From assembly GCF_006345805.1 (NCBI RefSeq), contig NC_043019.1, positions 1,364,001 through 1,428,000 on the forward strand: a stretch of DNA of 64,000 bases, in the 5' to 3' direction. The translations under genes were made by a program, and so were the position numbers. Below, in pieces: positions 24,984 to 36,355 of the stretch; within the stretch, counting starts at the first letter, position 1; each line of letters opens with the position of its first letter. Below the pieces are notes generated by a model, which made no database searches, had not been told where the DNA came from, and saw nothing but the letters and a program-made list of their open reading frames with translations. This stretch comes from Octopus sinensis. Its lineage: Eukaryota.

Positions 24984-27900
24984 TTAGTATTCCTGGCCCA
25001 GGGTGTTTAAACTTGGTCTAAATTTTTTTATGAAATATAGTTCTTTATTTTGGCGTTGTGTGAAGGTTGCGTTGTCACTGAATTTATAGAGCGGGTTAGT
25101 TGTAAATTTCGGATTTACATTTCCAGCACATCTATCTATGTGTCCGCTGACCGGTATTTTGCGGTAATCAGGGTTTCTAATTTGTGATTTATGCACCGCC
25201 ATCCTGTTACGTAAGCTATATTTTTGTATGGCCTATATACTGCCTATTGCAGCCTGCGCATGTTATGACGTAATTAAGTTTTCTGATGCGCAGGTGAAGT
25301 TTGTTCTAATGGTGAACTGGTGGCCTTGTTCCAGTATAAATTCTGATCCTTCTTTCAAGATGACACAGATTCCGCAGTTGGCCTTCCACATTTTCTAACT
25401 GCTGGTTTGTGGTGGTGATGTTGAGTGCAGTGTAGCTTGGGTTAAAATCCTTTTCAAGGATTTTGGTTGCCGTTTACTTTTAATGATGGTGTGTGTTTCG
25501 AGGATCCGGTTCATCTTTGGGTCTCCCTTTAGTAGGGCTGTGCTTTTTAGTATGGTGTTGAAGCCTCATTGTTGAGTGGGTGTGCGTAGAGATGTAGGGA
25601 AGGGTTTTTAATTGTTCTTTCTTGTTTAGTTTTGTTTGTCTCAGGTCTTCTATACTTAATTTAAGTACCCGTTGGATTGCACTGTCTATTAGGGGCTGTG
25701 GATAGTTTCTATTTGTGAGTGTGGTTCTAAGTTCCTGGAGACGTGTGTGTCGGGTGTTTGTTCTGATATTATGGTGCAAATCCTTCTAGCTAAACAAAAA
25801 GGGACATTCATTCTAGTGTGTCGTGGGTGGCATGAATCAAAGGGTAGGTACTGTTTAGAGTCTGTCGGTTTATAGTAGATATCTGTCTCTATTTTGTTGC
25901 CGGTTTTCTTAATGAGGATGTCTAAAAATGGTAATTCTTTTTCGTTGTGGTCCATCGTGAATTGTATATTGTCATTTATTCCATTTAATAGAATTTTAAA
26001 TTCCTCAAGTTTCTCTATGCCTTTGTCCCAGATGATGATGAAACAGTCATCGAGGTATCTTTTCCAGTTGTTATGGATATAGGTGGCGAAGGTGTTTCCA
26101 TATTTCTCGAGTGTCATCCGGTATATAGTATTTTCGAGGTATCCCATCACTAGGTTGGCAAAAGATGGTGCAGTACGCGTGCCCATCGCTGTTCCCGATC
26201 TTTGCCTGTAGAAATCATTGTCAAAAATAAAATAATTGTTCTCTAAAATGAATCTAAGTCCTTCTATTATAAGGTCTTTGTTTATGCGAGTTGGGAGTTC
26301 AAAGGGGTAGTTATTCAGCCAGAAGGTGATTGCTTCTATTCCTAGGTTGTGAGGGATGTTAGAATAAAGATTAACTACGTCGAATGATACTAGAAGGGTT
26401 TTCTCAATGACTGTTTTAGGGAGGTGGTGTGTTGAGCATATCTATATCGTCTCTTACGTAGCTTTTGATGTGTTTTAGGAAAGGTTTAAGAAGTGTGTCT
26501 AAGAAATTGCTGAGGCGGTGAGTTTCACATGCTGGCCCTGCTATTATCGGTCTTAGTTTAAGATCATTTGGTGAAGGGATTTTGATGAGTGTGTCGGTGG
26601 ATGTTTTGCACGTTTCTCTAATGGTTTGGCTTTTGTGTACCTTAGGGATACCATAGACAAACTCGATTTGCATTTGAAGTTAGTGATGTATTCATACTCC
26701 TTGTTCGTGAGTCCTTCTTGGTATGTGTTGATTAATGTCCTAAGGTTATGCATTATTTTTTGCTGGTTATACTGTTGGGCCCTTTCATAATACGTTTCAT
26801 CTCTTAATAGGGATAGCACTAAATTTTATAATTGTTTGTATTCATTATTACTATCGCGTTGCCCTTATCTGCCTCCTTAATTGTTATTGTTTTGTCTTCT
26901 CTTAGTAGTTTGATGAGGTCGTTCCATTCTCTTTTGTTGAAGTTAGGGCTGTGTTTTTGTTTCTTGATGAATTGAAACGGGAAATTAGTTATGTAGTCAC
27001 AATAGCGGTCTAAGGCTTTATTCTTACCTTGGTGGGGGGGTTGTAATTGCTCTTGTTTCTAGCTATTGAGTCCTCCTCTATTTGTTTGTCTTGAAATGCC
27101 TCGGTGAGTCTTAGTTTTCTGCAAAATTCCGAAATATCATCTTTCATTTCATAATATTAGAACGTAAATTTAAGTCCTTTGGAGAGTATGCTTATTTCGT
27201 TAGGTGTAAGTTCTTTGTTTGAGAGATTGATTATCTTAATTACCTGAGGTTTCTTTTGTTTGTCCTTTGCCATCGTGTGTCCTGTTCCTGTGTGTGGGGT
27301 CTAAAAAATGGTGGTTGTGTAGTTATGTTCAAAGCTATTATTTATCTGTCTCATGTTGTTATAATTGTCAGAGTGAGTTTGTGGTGCTCTGTTCTGGAGT
27401 CTGTTGTTGAACCTAGTGTTACGTCTTAGTTCCTCATGTGTATTGTGTTGGTAGTTGTTTCCTCCGTAGTGCATTGTTGTTTGTTATGGTTGTATGGTTG
27501 GTTCCTGGGGTGGATGTTTGGTAGTAGCGTTTTGGTTTGGTTATGTGGTTGTATTTTATAGTATTGTATGTTGTGGCTCTTAGGTTCGTGGCGTGGAATG
27601 GTGTGGTGGGACCCTATAAGTGTTTTGGGTTGGTGTAGGTAGTGTGGGGTGGTGCGTTTTAAATGCATTTTTCTGGTGTAGAGTGTGTTTGGATTTCTTG
27701 GTGGTTGTTCTGCTCTGTTGGTATGTCTATTTTCGAACTGGTGTGGTGGGCCTCTGTAGGTGTTTTGGGGTTGGTGTAGGTAGTGTGGGGTGTGTTTTAG
27801 GTGTACTTTTCTGGTGTAGAGTGTGTGGTAGGATTCTTGGTGTTGTTCCGTTCTATTGGTATTTGGTTTTGATTTGCTTAATTTTATGAAGGGGTTGTTG

Positions 27901-28644
27901 GATATGTGTTCATTTTTGAAGTTGGTTTCATAATCTAGAAACCAGATGGCGCTCTTTTCCCATCGCTGGAGGGACTTAAGTTCCTCTTTTTCACATTCTT
28001 CATTCCATAGTGCTGTGTTAATGTTTCAGTATTGTTGTCGTCTATTAGTTTGATGACTTCTTCGTTGATTTCCTCGTCTATGGTTTTTACTTTTTCTTCA
28101 TTCGTTTTAGCTCTCAGCTAAGTAGTTATTTTCATCTTCATTTTTTCTAATGACATTTTCTCTCTAAGTTTTCTTTGTTCTTCTGGTTCTTCCGAGATGG
28201 GTTTGATTTGTAATTTACGGGGTATGACTAGGGGTGTTGAGTCTAGCCATTTTTGGTAAATCTCTGCTTTATTCTGATTTTGTATCATTTTCCAAAAAGC
28301 GAATTTTCTGTTTCGCTGTAGTGTTCTCCATTGGGGGAGGACTTGGTTCTTTATTTGTAATGTTGAAGTTGCTCGGTTCTTCTCATGTGTTCCTTCTTTT
28401 TGTTGCTCTTGTTTCGTAAAGTTTGTGAAGAATGTCGTCATTGTATCGCATAGATTTTCAACTTTCTCGAATATTTCGGAGGGTGTTTTATTCGATTCGG
28501 TTTCCTCGTTAGTTTGTGTAGAAGGTCGAGGTGTTAAGTTGAGTTTGTTTACACTGCTGTTAGGTTTGAATTTATGCTTTTCAATTCTTTCAGTATCTCT
28601 TCATTTATTGAGGAGATGTCGTTGGTGTCTTTTTTAGCAGGCAT
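24984..28644 (-). CDS. Penelope-like polyprotein (N-terminal extension, RT, Cys linker, GIY-YIG endonuclease), broken by several single-base frameshifts
   Basis: Probable start MPAKKDTND (28644); IINLSNKELTPNEISILSKGLKF; IKEADKG; YGIPKVHK..LRPIIAGP; LVSFDVVNLYSNIP; QRSGTAMGTRTAPSFANL; WKRYLDD; KCGRPNCGIC; NLIYVITCAGCNRQYIGHT..LRNRMAVH; ends KFRPSLNTLGQEY*. Confidence 0.9.
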
Positions 28645-29151
28645 TTTCGGGAGCTCGTACGTGATATGATATTATAAATAGGATTAGCTCGTATACGAGT
28701 AGGTATATATTTGTAAAAAATGAAGTTCGAAAATGCTGCTGTATTATACAATTTAATTTTTATATATACATTATAACATGTTTCAGTTCCTGAAATGAAC
28801 CTTATCAAAAAAAGTTATATATAAAAAAAGAGACAGCTCATGCCGTCAAACACAAGAAATTCATTATAATACACAACGGAGTCAGACATCTTAGAGTTCA
28901 TGTATAGTTGATATATAGTTCATGTATAGTTGATATATAGTTTGAAGTATATGTTCAAAGTGTTCGATTGCAGTGGCCCACGGTGGCGATACGTATTCAT
29001 ACAAAAAACAGATCAAAGTGGTGGAAAGCGGTCAATACAGAAGATTGATGTTTCCGAAAGAGCGAGGAATTCATTTTTACCTTAAGCAATTGTGATGACC
29101 CATGGTGGAAGTTCGCTGGGTGGTTCTAGTGAGTTTTTGTGAAATGCTCGG

Positions 29152-29520
29152 TTTTATAATGCCTGTTAAGTGGTCAATCTAGCGTAGCGTGACGTCATCA
29201 ATGTTTTGACCAATCGTTTCGTTAGGTGGCTTTAACCAAGTGGAACGGGACGTCATCATTATTTTGACCAATCGCTGCATTATAAAACTCCTCTTGTTTG
29301 TTTCCTGTCTTGACCAGTCGCTTCGTTAGTCAAGCATAGCGGACGTCATCCAGATTCGCCCAATCACGACTTATAGCTACATTAGATCTGCCCCCTGTCT
29401 GTACTTGTAGGTGACTATTCAAGCAGGAAAAGGACGATCAATATTCTGACTAATGACTGTCCCCTGTTTGTATCCTGTCCATTCTAGCAGAGCTAGACGT
29501 CATCAACTTGTTGACCAATC
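29152..29520 (-). promoter_or_regulatory. CRE/CCAAT composite array plus TATA (upstream pLTR copy), candidate promoter of the element ORF
   Basis: Units at 29190, 29249, 29342, about 29433 and 29496. TATAAAA at 29152-29158 lies 32 bp beyond the last unit in the direction of ORF transcription. Confidence 0.6.
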
Positions 29521-30622
29521 AGATCGGGTCTGACCTTAGCTGTATCGTATGTATAAGGGTCAGATTTGCACGAAAGAATTTTTTTCCTTTTTTACTAAGG
29601 TATATTTCCGTCAGAGTGAGTGTCTGTCTTACAAGTAGCGGCGGCCGTGGTGAAATTTGGTTTCTCTTTTCGGAGGACTTATCTTTTGTTTTAGTATTCC
29701 TGGCCAGGGTGTGTTTAAACTTGGTCTAAATTTTTTTATGAAATATAGTTCTTATTTTGGCGTGTTGTGAAGGTTGCGTTGTCACTGAATTTATAGAGCG
29801 GGTTAGTTGTAAATTCGGATTTACATTCCAGCACATCTATCTATGTGTCCGCTGACCGGTTATTGCGGTAATCAGGGTTTCTAATTTGTGATTTATGCAC
29901 CGCCATCCTGTTACGTAAGCTATTTTTTGTATGGCCTATATGGCCTATTGCAGCCTGCGCATGTTATGACGTAAATTAAGTTTTGATGCGCAGGTGAAGT
30001 TTGTTCTAATGGTGAACTGGTGCCTTGTTCCAGTAAAATTCTGATCCTTCTTTCAAGATGACACAGATTCCGCAGTTGGGCCTTCCACATTTTCTAACTG
30101 CTGGTTTTGTGGTTGATGTTGAGTGCAGTGTAGCTTGGGTTAAAATCCTTTTCAAGGATTTTGGTTGCCGTTTACTTTTAATGATGGTGTGTGTTTCGAG
30201 GATCCGGTTCATCTTGGGTCTCCCTTTAGTAGGGCTGTGCTTTGTAGTATGGTGTTGAAGGCCTCATTGTTGAGTGGGTTGTGTGAGAGATGTAGGGAAG
30301 GGTTTTTAATTGTTCTTTCTTTTTATATATTTTATATATTTTATATATTTCTTTGTATATATTTATATACACACACACCCATAAATATATATATATATTT
30401 ACATACACACATAAATATGTGTATCCATACATGTATATATATATTTTTACATACACACATACCCATAAATATATATATATATATATTATATATATACATA
30501 CATATAGGATACACATATATATGTCTATATGTAATATATATATTATACGTATGCATGTATATATTATATATGTATATTCTGTATATCTATATAATATACC
30601 ATATATATATATATTATATATA

Positions 30623-30655
<33 letters not shown>

Positions 30656-30674
30656 TTATATATATATATATATA

Positions 30675-30714
<40 letters not shown>

Positions 30715-30935
30715 GCGTACATGTATGTATTCACCACATACATACAAAAAACACAAATACACACAAAAAGCACATATACACACAAAAAGTGCATATAATG
30801 ATTTTCTATAGATAGAAAAACTACATTCTCTACCGTGCCTCTTTCAGACTTCTTGGACGCATTAAGCCATTATCGGCATCTAAAATGATAAATCAGCTAT
30901 TGAAATATATCGACGACGCCCAACAGTTATTCAGT

Positions 30936-30973
<38 letters not shown>

Positions 30974-31298
30974 ATAATATATATATAGTAATTATTTAGT
31001 TCCGACATAACTATTCTTTATATTCTATATGGTGCAATCATTGCGTTTCATATTTCGCTGTCATATTTACTATGTACTTGTAATTAATGTGACAGGAGGA
31101 CTCTCTTAGACTTGGAGAGTACGTTGTGTAATAGCCGTTCAGTCTACAAACAATTTGCTTCACATTCCTCAAGATACATTTAACACAAAATATATGTATG
31201 CCTGCGTCGGGGGTTGTATATATATATATTTATATATATATTATATATATATATTATATATATATATATATTATAACTATATAGATATATATTATTAT

Positions 31299-31381
<83 letters not shown>

Positions 31382-31455
31382 ATATATACACACACACTTA
31401 TATATATATATATACATATATATATATAAACATATATACATATATATATATATGT

Positions 31456-31524
<69 letters not shown>

Positions 31525-31671
31525 TACATATATATTTATATATATATAGACACACACACACATATATAGATACATATATGTTTATAAGTATATATGTTAT
31601 ACCTGCATGTATGTGTATATATAAATATATGCACATATAATAAAATATATTTGTATGCATTTTTAGGCTTT

Positions 31672-31728
<57 letters not shown>

Positions 31729-32234
31729 GTATGTATGTATGTATGTATGTATATATATATATATATATATATTACGAGACGATGACATTACTATAGTTAT
31801 ACATGAAAAACGTCATAAAGACATGGTTTTCTGATGCCTGAAAAGAAACAGTTTCGTGGCTTTCTCAACATTCTTTCATATGCTATTGCTTAGACTAGTC
31901 GACGGACTCTTCAACTATCTCAAATACATACATACTTGCTTGTTTGTTTATATCAACATGATTCTGCAGCAGATTTAAGTTTCATATCACAAGACAGTTT
32001 GTCTGCGCATGAAGTTTGAAGCCTTTGGGCTAAATATTTTTATGGAAGCCAATAAGGAATAAAATCCGTTGTATTTTCTTAGGGAACAAACTTTTGGCTA
32101 ACTTTTACTGTTATTAAAGTTAACAGAAATTTATTCCGTCTTATTGCTTTCTTTAAGTCACAAAACTTTGGCCATTATGTTGATGCTTGGATGTACGTGT
32201 GTGCCAATTTGTATAAGAGTATTTACATGTGTGT

Positions 32235-32490
32235 GGAGGTGCGTGGCGTAGTGGTTAGGGTGTCAGCATCATGATCGTAAGATTGTGGTTTCGATACCTG
32301 GACCGGGCGACGTGTTGTGTTCTTGAGTAAAACATTTCATTTCACGTTGCTCCAGTCTGCTCAGCTCTCAAAAATGAGTAACGCTGCGATGGACTGGCGT
32401 CCCGTCCAGCTGGGGAACATACACCATAGAAACCGGAAAACCGGGCCCATGAGCCTGGCTAGGCTTTAAAAAGGGCGCATTTATTTATTT
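32235..32490 (+). mobile_element. tRNA-derived SINE (type C head, different 3' module)
   Basis: ggaggtgcgtggcgtagtggttagg...gtggtttcgatacc head; body ctgcgatggactggcgtcccgtccag; (ttta)n tail. Confidence 0.85.
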
Positions 32491-32502
32491 ACATGTGTGA
32501 GT

Positions 32503-32589
<87 letters not shown>

Positions 32590-32814
32590 TGTGTGAATGT
32601 GTATGGTATTTGGGTTGGATCAGTGTATTGCAACTCTCAATTTCGCCTGTGGGAACACAGGATCTTCAAGCAGGTAATGAAGCGTGTAACTCATAAGTGA
32701 GGGTCCATAATTTTTCTAAACCCCAGTGCAACTACACGCGAAATTCAATGCGGAGTCAGGCTGATTCGAGAAATATAATTATACGTATTATTATTTTTTC
32801 TTATTAATTAATTA

Positions 32815-32975
32815 GGAGTGACTGTGTAGTAAGTAGCTTGCTTACAAACCACATGGTTCCGGGTTCACTCCCACTGCGAGGCAACTTGGGCAAGTGTATT
32901 CTACTATAACCTCGGGCCGACCAAAGCCTTGTGGGTGGATTCGGTAGACGGAAACTGAAAGAAGCCCGTCGTATA
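32815..32975 (+). mobile_element. 5' half of type A SINE, ending at its internal (TA)n
   Basis: Head through gaagcccgtcg, then (TA)n, then an unrelated SINE. Confidence 0.9.
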
Positions 32976-33000
32976 TATATATATTTATATATATATATAT

Positions 33001-33192
33001 CGCCGTGATCACCGTGACTGACCAGGTTATCAGATGTTGCTACATATCGCTGGTCACAATGCGCTTCGCATCGTTTTAGCCTTCAAATGGCGCCACCCCG
33101 CTGCCAAAGCGAGCAGGCCAACAGAAGAATGAGTGAGAGAAAGTTGTGGCGAAAGAGTTCAGCAGGGATCGCCACCATCCCCTGCCGGAGCT
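33001..33192 (-). mobile_element. 3' part of type D SINE
   Basis: gagtgagagaaagttgtggcgaaagag..cagcagggatcgccaccatcccctgccggagc is the reverse complement of the 61622 body. Confidence 0.8.
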
Positions 33193-34897
33193 GCGGGCTC
33201 CGACATGCGCAGTTTTGTGTGTCATTCCAGTGTTTCTTTGTTTTTGTTAATATTTAGCTATTATTTGTTTGAGTAGAATTTAAACTGCATCTTGTAGTGG
33301 GAACCTAGTACGGGCTTTCAGGGTTTTGATTAGTGTGCAACAATCTCTTGGCCACTATTGTTCCCAGTGCTACACTGACAGGGTATAGTAGCTCCTGCTT
33401 GAGTTCCCATCAGTCATGGTTAAGGGTTAAATAGCATGCAACTAGTCAAGATAGAGTGACTCAACATGGCAGATGTGAGCTATTTTGGGTCAAGGGTGAT
33501 CGGACGAAAAGGCAACAACCTGTCAACGGCCAGGACCAACCAGTTCAGTTAGCGAACTACAACTATCATCTGTCTTCATGACATGCACAGTTGAGGTATT
33601 TCAATTACCGAAAAACTCATGTAACTCATGTAACCTTCATTCACACTTCATTGCTCGATCTGGCGTGGAAAGGCTAAATTGGTCCGGGCAAGTCACCTAA
33701 CCAAGTTGGCTCGATACGCTGTTTTGAATTTTATTTTAAAATTGTATCAATGACATTTGCCTATTATTTGAGCGACATTAAGTGACATGTGACCGCATTT
33801 GAGTGGCATGTAACCGCATTTAAGTGGCATTTGAATGGCATTTGAGCGGCACGTGACCGGCATTTTACACTTTAGTACGACTGAAATTATGTAAGTGCAT
33901 TTTGAGTAGGCTTTGTGTGAGATTGAATTTAGTTGTTGAATAGATGTTATTACGCATATTCATTTAATACAGCGTCAATGTTGAAGTAAGGCTTAAGGAT
34001 TTGTTTGAATGGTAGTGAAGTGACAAATGGGCAACATTTTCATGACATTTGAGTGAGGATTAAGTGTTGTTTCAATTACCTTTCTCTAGTACTAATGGAA
34101 AGATACTTCGAAAGCATATCTAGTTCTTCTGTGATTGCCTTTTCGGTGGCCTACACGTAGTATTTAAATGATGTGTCAGTGGTTTTTAAGTAGAATTAGT
34201 ACATTTCTCTCGACCCCAGACGACAAGACGAGCAATCACAAATCGTTTGATTGCCATTATCAATATAAACGTTGGACGCTTACAGAATCGTTAATACGCC
34301 GGACAAAATGTTTAGCAGCATTTTTGTTCCGGTCGTTTACGTTATTTTTCTAAGAATGAACAGTTAGAGGAAATGTCTCAAATGGAATAGAGAAAGCAGT
34401 AATTTTCTTTTGCAAACAGCACCCAGCTGTTTTTTGGCTTGTCTTTTTTGTCGGAACGAAGCGAGCAGGCCAACAGAAGAATGAGTGAGAGAAAGTTGTG
34501 GCGAAAGAGTTCAGCAGGGATCGCCACCATCCCCTGCCGGAGCTGCGGGCTCCGACATGCGCAGTTTTGTGTGTCATTCCAGTGTTTCTTTGTTTTTGTT
34601 AATATTTAGCTATTATTTGTTTGAGTAGAATTTAAACTGCATCTTGTAGTGGGAACCTAGTACGGGCTTTCAAGGTTTAAACTGCATCTTGTAGTGGGAA
34701 CCTAGTACGGGCTTTCAGGGTTTTGATTAGTGTGCAACAATCTCTTGGCCACTATTGTTCCCAGTGCTACACTGACAGGGTATAGTAGCTCCTGCTTGAG
34801 TTCCCATCAGTCATGGTTAAGGGTTAAATAGCATGCAACTAGTCAAGATAGAGTTGGCCTGCTCGCTTCGTTCCGACAAAAAAGACAAGCCAAAAAA
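33107..34897. repeat. Dispersed direct duplication with internal tandem and flanking perfect inverted repeat
   Basis: 33107-33457 is copied at 34459-34854, with an extra 45-bp tandem at 34631-34717. 34430-34474 is the exact reverse complement of 34853-34897. Confidence 0.9.
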
Positions 34898-35088
34898 TGC
34901 TTGACCAAATCTGACTTACGGTTAAATAACAGAAGTTAAAGAATGGGACTCTACCTGGTGGTTTTGTCTGCTGAAATTATGCTAAATTTTCTTTCAGTCA
35001 CAGCGTTTTGTTTTGAACAAAGAACATGTTGGATAATGCAGGCCTCTCTACACACTATATATGTTTGTCTAATATATATATATATATT

Positions 35089-35317
35089 TCTTTACTACCC
35101 ACAACGGGCTAAACGTAGAGGGGACAAACAAGGACAGACAAAGGAATTAAGTCGATTACATCGACCCCAGTGCGAAACTGGTACTTAATTTATCGACCCC
35201 GAAAGGATGAAAGGCAAAGTCGACCTCGGCGGAATTTTAACTCGGAACGTAACGACAGACGAAATACTGCTACGAATTTCGCCCGGCGTGCTAACGTTTC
35301 TACCAGCTCGCCGCCTA
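35089..35317 (-). mobile_element. tRNA-derived SINE (type B)
   Basis: Reverse complement of the type B consensus. Confidence 0.9.
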
Positions 35318-35385
35318 TTATATATATATATATATTAGTCCTGCTATTTGAGAAATTCAATTTAGAAATTCAGTGTTTCTAATAT

Positions 35386-35712
35386 CGGTGACTAGTGAAT
35401 AGATTTCACTGTAAATATATATATCTGCGAAGCCTTGGCAGGCATCTCAACGAGCAGGACTGGCTACCCTGGACTGATGACGAGCAAGACTCACAAACAT
35501 GAATGTCTCTAGATGCTGTTCCTAGCTGGTGGGGGTGCTTGCCTCCCCTTCGCAAATATAAGGACACAGGAAATGTGTCAAAGCCGACAGGAAGCGTCGA
35601 TGCTTCCTAGGGCTAAATAGCGGTGGTGTAACTCCCTTTACGGGACTGTCACGTTGTGTTGACAGTATACAACCGCTCTATCGCGCCACCACCGCTCATG
35701 TCTCTTTGAGAC
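35386..35712 (+). mobile_element. 327-bp GC-richer segment between 26-bp direct repeats, with a degenerate hammerhead motif
   Basis: atttagaaattcagt(g/a)tttctaatat at 35360-35385 and 35713-35738; hammerhead-like motif at 35469-35512. Confidence 0.55.
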
Positions 35713-35736
35713 ATTTAGAAATTCAGTATTTCTAAT

Positions 35737-36132
35737 ATGAGGAAAGAGATATAGATAAAGTCTTATAGCTGTTTCTGAAATATTACAGATATCCCTTCAT
35801 CAGAGACGATGTGAGATTGTTGAATAGAGGTAAATATTTGAGTTCAAAATAAGGAATTATTATGGAAAGAGGGAAGATCAGGAATATAGAGGGAAATGAG
35901 AGACTGAAAGTAGAAATAAAATATACAATATTGTAGTTGAAGTTCCATTATTCTCCTTTTTCGTTCATATTTCTGCTTTCATGTTCTTATTTCCCTCCAT
36001 ATTCCCTTTCTCTTCCTTTTCTATAATAATTCCTTATTTCGAACTCAAATATTTACCTGTATTTAACCTTCTCATATCGTCTCTGATATCCCAGAAACGG
36101 TTGCAAGACTATATCTATATCTCTTACCTTAT
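35737..36132. repeat. Imperfect ~400-bp palindrome (MITE-like)
   Basis: ggtaaatatttgagttcaaaataaggaattattatg pairs with tataataattccttatttcgaactcaaatatttacc; atcagagacgat pairs with atcgtctctgat; the outer ends also pair. Confidence 0.75.
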
Positions 36133-36355
36133 AAATGTCCTGAAAACTCCTCACAGCTTTAGCTTTGTTATATCCTTTTGTCTAACAAATATATATATAT
36201 ATATATGCATGCTAATGCAAGACTCACATAAACTCCTCACTCGTATCACTATCGAACCGAGTGTTTAACTACGGTCTATCCATAGCACTTACTTAGCGTT
36301 ACCTGCCACACCTTGGCTCTTCTAGATACCAATAACTTATGCGTGTATATATATA

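Larger units (their letters stand above)
23998..30320 (-). mobile_element. Penelope-like retroelement (Neptune-type) in partial tandem: full ORF plus upstream duplicated 3' end (pseudo-LTR)
   Basis: 23998-25622 is repeated at 28686-30320. RT and GIY-YIG motifs lie between and within the copies. Both ends abut (TA)n. Confidence 0.95.

Noticed and set aside
28770-28815. Hammerhead-like motif at the end of the Neptune pLTR (uugauaa...gaaacauguu; also about 24070-24115)
   Set aside because: Two core mismatches in both copies and no proper stem I; better explained as the pyrimidine tract and acceptor of the candidate intron.
33107-34854. LTR retrotransposon interpretation of the ~350-bp direct repeats
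   Set aside because: The repeats begin inside a SINE, lack TG...CA ends, PBS, PPT and TSD, and enclose no gag/pol remnant.
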